Origin: Promethearchaeota archaeon
GTDB lineage: Archaea > Asgardarchaeota > Lokiarchaeia > Sigyniarchaeales > SOKP01
Assembly (NCBI GenBank): GCA_016839555.1
Contig: JAEOUA010000006.1
Location: 96,001-160,000 of the forward strand
Length of the DNA stretch: 64,000 bases
Direction of reading: 5' to 3'
Shown here: in pieces, positions 31,601-40,334 of the stretch
Layout of the letters: each line of letters opens with the position of its first letter
Numbering within the stretch: the stretch's first letter is position 1
The notes under the pieces: generated by a model
Databases searched by the model: none
What the model saw: only the letters and a program-made list of their open reading frames with translations
Told to the model about the DNA's origin: nothing
Translations under genes and position numbers: made by a program

Positions 31601-32047
31601 TTATTTAAATTTATCAGGAATTTTTGGTAAACATATTATTTTTGGTAAATTTTCAAAATGGCGGTCAAATTTATAGATTTCTTTAATATTTTTTTCTTTC
31701 ATTAAAAGATAAGCAGAAATATCATTTGAATCCATATTATAATCTAAGATTTTATTTACTGACATGATATATAATGGTATTGAAATCTCCATGATTTCTA
31801 CAGACTTATTTGAGATTAATCCAATAATAAATTTTTGTAAATCTTCCCAAGACATTACATTTTTCAAGAGATTAACAACTTCAGATAATTGAATAATAGA
31901 GATGCAAAAGGAATTATTTTCATTATCAATTTTTTTTACTATCTCTTTTGCTTGACTTTTATACCACTTTAGTTTTTCTGATAAAGGCTTTCCTTTTTTC
32001 GGTTTAAAATAAGCATAGATAAAAATATTTGCATCTAAATATATCAT
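31601..32047 (-). CDS. vapC: PIN-domain toxin
   Basis: IYLDANIFIY, E, ND..AY, FDRHF acidic residues. Confidence 0.9.
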   Translation of the reverse strand: MIYLDANIFIYAYFKPKKGKPLSEKLKWYKSQAKEIVKKIDNENNSFCISIIQLSEVVNLLKNVMSWEDLQKFIIGLISNKSVEIMEISIPLYIMSVNKILDYNMDSNDISAYLLMKEKNIKEIYKFDRHFENLPKIICLPKIPDKFK

Positions 32048-32053
32048 TTTAAC

Positions 32054-32305
32054 TTAATCCAGTTTATTCTTTGATAAATGTTTTTCAAATTCAGACCAAT
32101 TTTCTAATTTATTAATTAAGTTTTCATCAAATTCTAATTTATCAAAAAATTGAGTTAAATCTATTTTTCTCTTTGGAATAATTCTTAAAATTCCCCCCTC
32201 TTCTATAATAATTACTTCATTCCCATCCTTAAGCTCTTTTTCTCTCCAATTGAGTGGCAACTCAATCTTCCCTTGAGAATCTACTTTTTTTATTTCTGTA
32301 TTCAT
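32054..32305 (-). CDS. vapB: AbrB/MazE-type antitoxin
   Basis: KVDSQGKIELP..WRE swapped-hairpin motif directly upstream of vapC; ATG at 32305. Confidence 0.85.
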   Translation of the reverse strand: MNTEIKKVDSQGKIELPLNWREKELKDGNEVIIIEEGGILRIIPKRKIDLTQFFDKLEFDENLINKLENWSEFEKHLSKNKLD

Positions 32306-32413
32306 TCCTTTTATCACTAAGTTCAATTAATAATTATTTTATCCCATAATATTATTAAAACGCCAAAATTTAAATCTTTTGGATGTTTATTTCTCTTTTC
32401 TCTTTTCATTTAT

Positions 32414-32479
32414 GAATTCTTCCATCGATTCCGGATCTGGCATGGCCTCTTTATATTCTTTCTCCGCTCCCTCAGATAT
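32414..32479 (-). pseudogene. 66-bp shard of a paralogous acyl-CoA synthetase
   Basis: ISEGAEKEYKEAMPDPESMEEF vs ISQEAEQEYKEAIQNPASMKNF at 29025-29090 (13/22 identical). Confidence 0.7.
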
Positions 32480-32630
32480 TTTTAATTGAAGATGCTTTAT
32501 TGAATATAAATTTATCTAACAGAGAAATGATTGATGTATTTTCATCCATAAAATAAGCAATTAAAATACCAGAATCCAGTACTACTTCATTGGATTCATT
32601 AAAAAGTTGATTTAGTGATATTTCATTCAT
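32472..32630 (-). pseudogene. Truncated PIN (VapC-like) N-terminus
   Basis: MNEISLNQLFNESNEVVLDSGILIAYFMDE..., stops after 52 aa. Confidence 0.65.
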
Positions 32631-32640
32631 TGCGACTTTT

Positions 32641-32936
32641 CCACCCCTTGATATTCCCTATCGGAGCCTCATTCCTCTCAAGATTGATAATTTGCTGATC
32701 GCGAGACGATGCGTTTCATCCGACCGCGTTGCGCAATCTGCCCTTCGGATTGGTGGTACCAGCATGAGCACCGGGGAGGCGGCAGGTACAGCAGCTGCAC
32801 TCTCAATACAGAAAGAAGTTAAACCGCGTCAGATGGATGGCAAACTTGTCAAGCAGGCGTTAGAAACACACGGAGTTAATATCAGACCAGAAAAAAGCAG
32901 CATCCCAGAAGAATGTATGTTTTAATTTAAAGTGTA
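32641..32936 (+). pseudogene. Direct repeat copy 2: orphan 3' end of the FAD oxidoreductase gene
   Basis: Near-identical to 30873-31168; AGRC changed to ARRC; no 5' part. Confidence 0.93.
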
Positions 32937-33002
32937 TATAACAAATTTTTAAGATCTTTTATGTTAGCTTCTAACAAGTTTTGTCAATTTTACTTTGAAT
33001 AA

Positions 33003-33680
33003 TTACATTTTTTTCTTCAATAAAATCTTCATCCAGCCTTCAAAAAATTCCATTTTAAAATTATTTTTAAATCTTGTATGTTCAAGAATGCTTTTTATTC
33101 TTGTTTGATAAGTTTTCCATTTAAAACCATGGAATTTTGTGATTTGGCTAAAAACCTTATAACGAAAGAATCCATATTGCTGCCTCAATTTCACAGTAAG
33201 ATTATCGGGGGCAGAATAACATCCATCATATATCCAAGCTTCACTATTTTTCTTTAACACACGATAACATTCATTAAATACCTTTATTGGGTGCTTCCAA
33301 TGATGGAGGGATCCAGTACTGGTAATGAAATCAATAGAATTATTAGAAAAAGGTAGATTTATAGCATTTGCTATCCGAAAAGAAACATTATTATAATCTC
33401 TCCCATATCCGGAGGCAATCTTAACCATTCTAGGACTTAAATCGATTCCAATCACAGTTATTTGTGGTGCCCGTTTAGCTATTTCTATTGATAAAAACCC
33501 CGTACCGCAACCAAGATCTACCACGATACCTCTATTTATTTTTTTTACAATAGATTTAGCAATACTTAGTTCTGGTTTGATTAAGATTCTCCTTACAATT
33601 GCGTTATAGACAATTGCTCCTGGACCTGGAATCTTTTCTATTTTAACTTGTAGGTCTTTTATAAAATTACTAATCATCAT
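33003..33680 (-). CDS. Class I SAM-dependent methyltransferase
   Basis: VDLGCGTG, GIDLS, LPF..NSID, SLHHW, RVLK. Confidence 0.92.
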   Translation of the reverse strand: MMISNFIKDLQVKIEKIPGPGAIVYNAIVRRILIKPELSIAKSIVKKINRGIVVDLGCGTGFLSIEIAKRAPQITVIGIDLSPRMVKIASGYGRDYNNVSFRIANAINLPFSNNSIDFITSTGSLHHWKHPIKVFNECYRVLKKNSEAWIYDGCYSAPDNLTVKLRQQYGFFRYKVFSQITKFHGFKWKTYQTRIKSILEHTRFKNNFKMEFFEGWMKILLKKKM

Positions 33681-33824
33681 AATAAAGCTATTTATAATTA
33701 GTAAGAATTTTCACTTATATATTCTTATCGGCATTATATCGACAAGTTTTAAAAATAAGAGAACCCTTTAAAAACTATAAATAAACTCAATAAAATTTTA
33801 GAAGAATTTTAATATATTTTAATC

Positions 33825-35258
33825 ATGAAGATTTTTTTAATTATTTTCGATACACTACGAAAAGATCATACTGGCAAAACTTATGGAAATGAATGGATAA
33901 GCACACCTAACTTTGATAAATTTGCTCAAGATTGCATAGTTTTTGATAAGGCTTATCCTGAATCCTTAGCAACAATTCCCGTTAGGAGAACGATACATAC
34001 CGGGGCTCGAACTTTTCCATTTACTCAAAAAACCCCTGATCTGCGAACAGATGATGTGGTAATTTTAGCAGGATGGGAACCTATCCCCCCAAATCAAAAG
34101 CATTTATCAGAATATATGAATTCCCATGGATATCTCACAGCATTCATCACCTCAACTTATCATCAATTTAAACCAAATATGAATTTTCATCTTGGATACG
34201 ATCAATGGAATTGGATTCGTGGACATGAAGATGATCATTACAGAACTCGTTTAAGAGAGGATAAAGGCAGTCTTTCTAAAATAGTAAATAGACATATAGC
34301 GAAGAAAAATTTAGTGGCTAAAGCTTATCAGAAACGAATCTTGAAATCCTATTTTCCGAATATTCAAGAGCGCTCAAAAGAAGACGATTTCTTTCCGGCT
34401 AAAACGTTTAATAAAGCATTTGAATTTATTAAAGATTCTAAATCAGATAAGAAAGTGTTCTGTTTTATTGATGAATTCGATCCGCATGAGCCCTGGGATC
34501 CCCCTCAACACTTTCTAGATTTATACCTTGATAAAAATTATTCGGGTAAAAAAATAATCACACCAGCATATAGCTTAACTAAAAATTATCTTTCAGATGA
34601 TGAGTTAAAATGCATGAGAGCTTGTTATGCCGGAGAAGTATCGATGTGTGATTATTGGTTTGGAAACTTTATAGAGGAATTGAAACAGATGGAGATCTAC
34701 GATGATTCTTTAATAATTTTAACCAGTGATCATGGCCATAGCATTGGAGAACATGATGCGATTGGAAAATTACCAATGTTTATGCATCCCGAATTGGTGG
34801 ATATCCCTCTCATGATTAAACCGCCCGGAGGAATACACGGACCAAAACGAATTTCGAAAACGTATGTGTATCACCATGATATTACGGCAACCATTTTAGG
34901 GCTGGTTGCTAAAAATTTGCCTGAGCAACTCGAAGGAATCGACTTATCAGTGTTTTTTAATAATTCAGACCAACTTCTACAGAATAGAGATTATATAACA
35001 TGTGGATTTGATATGTTTACTCTTTATAAAGATGATAATTTTGCGTTAATTACTTCCAATGATAAGGAGGTACAGAAATTATATGACTTAAATACGGATC
35101 CCTCGTGGAATGAAAATATTGCTTCGGATCATCCCGAAATTTGTGAAGATTTATTTAATAAAATTGTAAAAGATGCTAACGGAAAGCTTCATTTAGGAGA
35201 TTCAAAATCTATAGAATTATATAAATCTTGGTATGTTTCGGATACAAAGAAAAAATAA
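33825..35258 (+). CDS. Sulfatase-like hydrolase (alkaline phosphatase superfamily), Thr at the nucleophile position
   Basis: DTLRKDH, TPNFD, TIPVRRTIHTG, DPHEPW, TSDHG. Confidence 0.88.
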   Translation: MKIFLIIFDTLRKDHTGKTYGNEWISTPNFDKFAQDCIVFDKAYPESLATIPVRRTIHTGARTFPFTQKTPDLRTDDVVILAGWEPIPPNQKHLSEYMNSHGYLTAFITSTYHQFKPNMNFHLGYDQWNWIRGHEDDHYRTRLREDKGSLSKIVNRHIAKKNLVAKAYQKRILKSYFPNIQERSKEDDFFPAKTFNKAFEFIKDSKSDKKVFCFIDEFDPHEPWDPPQHFLDLYLDKNYSGKKIITPAYSLTKNYLSDDELKCMRACYAGEVSMCDYWFGNFIEELKQMEIYDDSLIILTSDHGHSIGEHDAIGKLPMFMHPELVDIPLMIKPPGGIHGPKRISKTYVYHHDITATILGLVAKNLPEQLEGIDLSVFFNNSDQLLQNRDYITCGFDMFTLYKDDNFALITSNDKEVQKLYDLNTDPSWNENIASDHPEICEDLFNKIVKDANGKLHLGDSKSIELYKSWYVSDTKKK

Positions 35259-35403
35259 ATCTGGTTAATGAAATTAGAGAATTAGAAAATTAAATTCATA
35301 AAATAGATTCATAAAAAGATTTTTATAATATAAGGTTGATTTATTTTTATTGGTTGAAATTTTAACTTTAAGAATATAAAAATTTAAAAAATAGGTATCT
35401 AAA

Positions 35404-36828
35404 ATGAATGAACATTTAGAAGAAGAATCGTCTAAATATATCAGCTTAACACGTAAAGAAATGTTAAATTATGCAGTCGGATATATCCCAAATACTTTCA
35501 TGGCTGGAGTATTTACATTATTATACGTCAATTTTTTCTGGAATTATCTCGAATTAAATCAAACTTATTTTATAATTGGACAAGTAATTTATGCCACAAT
35601 TAATGCACTGAACGATCCAGTAACAGGTCATATCAGTGATAAAACGGATGTAGATAGATGGGGAAGCCGTCGATTAATTTATATTAAATATTTTGGGCCA
35701 CTATGGGCTGTTTTTTATTTTTTAATGTGGATTCCATGGAGTTATAACAGCCAAATCATTATTTTTATCCATTTTGTGCTAAGTATTTGCATTTTTGATA
35801 CGTTTCTTTCTCTCGTGATCGGTTTATATATGTCTTTAATGTCTGAAATTACTGATAGTGTCAAATTCCGCTATAAACTATATTTCTATGCGAACATCTT
35901 TAGTTTTATTGGGTTAATTCCTGCTATTTTTGCTCAATCCTTTTTCGAGGCAAGTATACAAATATTTCAAATATTTAATGGAATCTTCGCATTGTTATGC
36001 ATAATTTTATATATCTATGCCGTCCGACACATAAAAGAACGACCGGAATTAAGAAAAGAAGAGGATTACTCCTTTTTTCAAGCAATCAAAGCGGTGATAC
36101 AATCAAGAGCCTTTTTGACCAGAACTGCATATATATTTTTCAATAATATCGGAAGAGCAATGGTATATTCTTTTGTATTTGCCTTTTTGTACATCTTAGG
36201 GTCGGGCCCGCTCAATCAGATACTATTTATAGCAATGGTGTATCTGTTAGGGTTTGCCTCACAATATATTTATATGATCGTTGAAAAAAACTGGGGAATT
36301 AGAAAAACTATTCTTATCCTAAAACTTACCTATGTTATACTTAGTCTTATTAGCTTCTTTGTGGTAGTTGTATTCGATGCGCCGATATTTGTGTGGATTT
36401 GCGTCGCGATAATTTCAATGTTTTCAGGATTTAATGTATTTGATTTCGTGCTGTTAACCTTTGCGATTGATGAAGATGAATTAAAATATGGAAGCAGGCG
36501 CGAAAGCATTTTCCAAGGCACGAGCTCTCTCTTGTTCAAGCCGGCAGACAGTCTTGGTCCAATTATTGCTACGCAAATACTCCTTGCGTTTAGTTTTATA
36601 CAAGGCGAGCCTGTGCAAACCCCATCGGCACTCTTAGGGATTAAAGTTCTCTTGTTTGTCGCCCCCGCAATATTCCAAGCAATTAGCTTGATTTTCATCT
36701 ATCTATTTCCTTATTATGGCGAAAAACTAGAGAAACTCAATGAAGATATCAAGATATTACACGCGCAAAAGAAACAAAAGTATACCGAAATCGAAAAAAG
36801 TAGGATGGCTAAAGAGCCACGTGTTTAA
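35404..36828 (+). CDS. MFS transporter, GPH family
   Basis: NALNDPVTGHISDKT..WGSRR, IDEDELKYGSRRE. Confidence 0.9.
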   Translation: MNEHLEEESSKYISLTRKEMLNYAVGYIPNTFMAGVFTLLYVNFFWNYLELNQTYFIIGQVIYATINALNDPVTGHISDKTDVDRWGSRRLIYIKYFGPLWAVFYFLMWIPWSYNSQIIIFIHFVLSICIFDTFLSLVIGLYMSLMSEITDSVKFRYKLYFYANIFSFIGLIPAIFAQSFFEASIQIFQIFNGIFALLCIILYIYAVRHIKERPELRKEEDYSFFQAIKAVIQSRAFLTRTAYIFFNNIGRAMVYSFVFAFLYILGSGPLNQILFIAMVYLLGFASQYIYMIVEKNWGIRKTILILKLTYVILSLISFFVVVVFDAPIFVWICVAIISMFSGFNVFDFVLLTFAIDEDELKYGSRRESIFQGTSSLLFKPADSLGPIIATQILLAFSFIQGEPVQTPSALLGIKVLLFVAPAIFQAISLIFIYLFPYYGEKLEKLNEDIKILHAQKKQKYTEIEKSRMAKEPRV

Positions 36829-37259
36829 GTTATGCATTTATTTATCAAAGGCGTACTTCTCTTCTGAAGAATAAACATTAAGGTATTAACCACCCTACAA
36901 CATTTTTTCTTTTTGGTTTTTGGGATTAAGTTGTAATTTAGTAGCCTCCTAAACTATGCATCCCGCATTGGTTATAACTTATTTTAATAGATCTAGATTA
37001 AATTAAAGATTCATAAATTATCTTTCAATAAAAAACCCATTATCTTTTAAGGGTTGGAGATGGTTTTCGAGGAACTCCAGGAGCGCCTTCAATCTATTTC
37101 AACTTAGATTCAATGTCTCCAAATTTGAAAGATTTCCTAAAGATTCAAAAAAAGATATAATAAAATTTAAAAGAATAAAAAAAATTTAATAATTGACATA
37201 AAATCAAATCAAAATTAAAAATTTAATATAAAACTCAAATATTAAAAAAGGGTAATTAA

Positions 37260-38177
37260 ATGGATATACTTTCTATAGTGTCTTTTATTATAATTCTCGG
37301 TTTATTAGCATTGCTTTTCATAGTTATTTATCTTCTAAAAAAAGAAGGAGCTAAGTCTGAAGATATATCTAAGAAAATAAAAGAAGATCTAAGCTATTCA
37401 GAAAGAAGAATCTCAGATCAATTTAATAGAGTTACTAAATCAATTTCCGAAATAAAAGGAACTGCTGATTATTTTGGTGAAATAAGTACTGAATTAAAAG
37501 ATCTCTTATCCGGAGAAAGAAAAAGAGGGAAACTAGGAGAAATCTTAATTGAAAACATATTAAATGATGTATTACCATCATCATGCTGGGAAAAACAATA
37601 TACTCTTGGATCTCATGGAATAGTAGATATTGCGATATTAACAAAAAATTTTATAATACCAATCGATTGCAAATTCCCGTTAAATAATTATAAAAATATG
37701 GTGAAAGAAAACGACCCTGAGAAAAAGGAATCTTTTTTAAAAAAATTCATTAAAGATGTGAAAAAACGGATAGATGAAACTTCAAAATACGTCGCACCCG
37801 ATATGGAAACAACAGATTATTCTTTAATGTATGTCCCAGCTATAAGTATTTTTTTAACAATAATTGAAGAAGAAGAAATAATTGATTATTCAATCAATAA
37901 AAGGGTTTTATTATGCTCTCCTCTGACTCTTTATTATCTACTCCATGCCATTAACGAAACAATTAAGCGGGAACAGTTTCCAGAACAAATTGAAAGACTT
38001 TATCAGGATTTTTTAAAATTTCGAGAAGATATTAATAATTTTATAGATGAATTTAATATTTTAGGTGGACATTTAGAACGGGCTTCTAATAAATATCATG
38101 AAACAGAAAAAAGAATTAAAATGATCGAAGCAGAGTCTAAAGCTCTCGTCTTGGAAGATGATTTCTTTATGGATTAA
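37260..38177 (+). CDS. rmuC: DNA recombination protein RmuC family
   Basis: N-terminal TM and coiled coil, RGKLGE..LE, VD..IPIDCKFPL, TTDYSLMYVP, SPLTL. Confidence 0.88.
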   Translation: MDILSIVSFIIILGLLALLFIVIYLLKKEGAKSEDISKKIKEDLSYSERRISDQFNRVTKSISEIKGTADYFGEISTELKDLLSGERKRGKLGEILIENILNDVLPSSCWEKQYTLGSHGIVDIAILTKNFIIPIDCKFPLNNYKNMVKENDPEKKESFLKKFIKDVKKRIDETSKYVAPDMETTDYSLMYVPAISIFLTIIEEEEIIDYSINKRVLLCSPLTLYYLLHAINETIKREQFPEQIERLYQDFLKFREDINNFIDEFNILGGHLERASNKYHETEKRIKMIEAESKALVLEDDFFMD

Positions 38178-38525
38178 CGTTAAAAATATTAAACTAAATA
38201 TATTTCTTGATGAATTATTAAAAAAATCTCAAACGAGCTATTATTATAGTGTTTTATGATTTTTTTTATGATTAGAACAATAAGGAAAAAAAATTATATA
38301 TATCTTAAGTAGTAAGAAATATATGTAGAGAATTTTAATAAGAGTGAAATAAAACGAAGGAACAAAAGATTGGAAAACTAGAGAGAATTAGAAAAATAAA
38401 CCAACTCGGTGCTGGACCTCAGCTATGGTTCTTCCTTGATCGTAAAATCATTAATAATGTCGATACGTATGATAAAACAATTAAATTTAAAAGTGATAAG
38501 ATTAATGGAGTGTTTTCAAATAAAG

Positions 38526-38699
38526 CTATTGGAAAAAAATTTCTGAAATTTTATTCATATAAAGCGAGAGCGTTTCTACCACTTCTGTCTTATAAAGTCC
38601 TTCAATCTGCGAAATTTCTTCAATATCTAAGCCGCTGAGAATTAACCGCTTATAGTTATCCACTTTATACTTTTTGCCATCGTAAATGACATAATCCAT
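38526..38699 (-). pseudogene. N-terminal fragment of a leucine-rich-repeat protein
   Basis: MDYVIYDGKKYKVDNYKRLILSGLDIEEISQIEGLYKTEVVETLSLYMNKISEI, then an abrupt end; LxLxxNxIxEI LRR pattern. Confidence 0.7.
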
Positions 38700-38921
38700 A
38701 CCTGGAATTTCTCCTATTATTTGTTTCGTTCAGATAAAATATAGTTTGAACTTTTATTTAAAAATTTTCTATAGATTTAGTAGAATGAGTATTTTTTAGT
38801 TTTGTTTAAATATTTTTTTTTGCGAATTAAATTAGCATTAATTTTTCTTTAAATATATTCATTTTCAAAGATCTTTTAAAAAAGAAATATCTATTTTCAA
38901 AAGCTTAGAGAGCAACAATTC

Positions 38922-39914
38922 ATGGAAGATAGTACTAAATATAATACTTTAGATATGCATGGTTATTTTAAAATAATAAAAGTTAGAAAGGTTAAAGTTA
39001 AAGATGATTTAGATCTGGTGCCTTTTATTGATGTTCTAAAAGATAAATTTCAGACACATAATCAAAATTCAAAAAGCAAGATTAAATTTAAATTAGTTGA
39101 AAATGTTCAATATCCTCTAGAAATTACAAAAAATAATGGATACTCGCCTTTTGCAGAAAATATAATTATAGTTAAATATACTCTTGAAATAATTCCAGAA
39201 GATACATATTATGAGAAAATAAATGGAGAATATGTCAAAATAACTGAAATCATAAAAGATTATATATTTATTATCTATCCAGAATTAATAGCTTTTAAAG
39301 GTAATAAACAACATTTCAGTAAAGTATGGAAGGATTTCAATGTACTTTTAAAGGATAAAGTTATAGTTATAAAAGATTATAGCTTCAATGTCGAATTTTT
39401 CATGTATTTATTGGAAAAAGCGATGTTCAATAAACCTCTGATCAGAGATGACTTTAAAATAATTTTTATAGAAGATTTGCTATTCGATGGAAGAGAAAAT
39501 TCTGTTCGTGAAATCCTAGAAGCAAAACATTTAATATATATTATTTTCTCCAGATATGTTATTATGAAATTACTTGAAAATAACAAACCAATTGAATGCA
39601 TATTTTATTTTATTTTATCTGACTGGAAATATTCTATTAAAATCGATAGAATAGGGAAAATCGAATTTTTTCAAAATAAAACAGATTTTAGAAATGCTTC
39701 TCATAATCTTAGAACTTTCTTAGGCTGTTATTTTATTGAACATTTAATTAGTCTTTACGATTTTTGGATTAATTTGAACAGTATGGATAAGTATATCTCT
39801 ATAAATTTCATCACAAATCTTATAAGACATTTAAAGATAGAAGAAGGTATAGATTTTTCTATAGAGGCTTTGGATATGATAAATTATTATATAAATAAAA
39901 GAAAGGAGGAATAA
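38922..39914 (+). CDS. Hypothetical protein (330 aa)
   Basis: Long ORF; its end contains the AAGGAGG RBS of the next gene. Confidence 0.7.
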   Translation: MEDSTKYNTLDMHGYFKIIKVRKVKVKDDLDLVPFIDVLKDKFQTHNQNSKSKIKFKLVENVQYPLEITKNNGYSPFAENIIIVKYTLEIIPEDTYYEKINGEYVKITEIIKDYIFIIYPELIAFKGNKQHFSKVWKDFNVLLKDKVIVIKDYSFNVEFFMYLLEKAMFNKPLIRDDFKIIFIEDLLFDGRENSVREILEAKHLIYIIFSRYVIMKLLENNKPIECIFYFILSDWKYSIKIDRIGKIEFFQNKTDFRNASHNLRTFLGCYFIEHLISLYDFWINLNSMDKYISINFITNLIRHLKIEEGIDFSIEALDMINYYINKRKEE

Positions 39915-39917
39915 TTT

Positions 39918-40259
39918 ATGAATAATCATGGTGAAAGGACACTCCATTTGTTTCCTCATAAAAGGATCAGAGAGCACATGAAAGAATTCGGTGTTAATGG
40001 GTTCGATGGGGGGGTTATTGATTATATCGAAGCAATACTATTTGTTATATTAAAGGATATCACAGAATATTCACTTATTTTTAGAGATTATGATGCTAGA
40101 GTAAGGACTTCCTTACGTGATATTTTTATGTGTTTACTAATTAATCATAAGGAATTATTACAAAAAACAAATGAGTTTATAGAAGACACTGATTTAATTG
40201 ATCCTGAAGTGAAACAAAAAATTTTGGAGAAGATTGATGAAAATATAAGATTATTTTAG
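39918..40259 (+). CDS. Histone-fold protein with H2A/NF-YC-like features
   Basis: FPHKRIREHMK, long central helix YIEAILFVILKDITEYS, RVRTSLRDI loop, extra helix INHKELLQ; strong RBS. Confidence 0.7.
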   Translation: MNNHGERTLHLFPHKRIREHMKEFGVNGFDGGVIDYIEAILFVILKDITEYSLIFRDYDARVRTSLRDIFMCLLINHKELLQKTNEFIEDTDLIDPEVKQKILEKIDENIRLF

Positions 40260-40334
40260 AATTTTAGAATCTCTTAATAATTATTTTTAATCTTTTTTAT
40301 GCTTTAAATGATTCTAAGAAGAAAATTGGAGATT

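Noticed and set aside
36830-37160. Possible gene remnants between the MFS gene and rmuC (e.g. RVGDGFRGTPGAPSIYF)
   Set aside because: Short, interrupted frames with no recognisable family.
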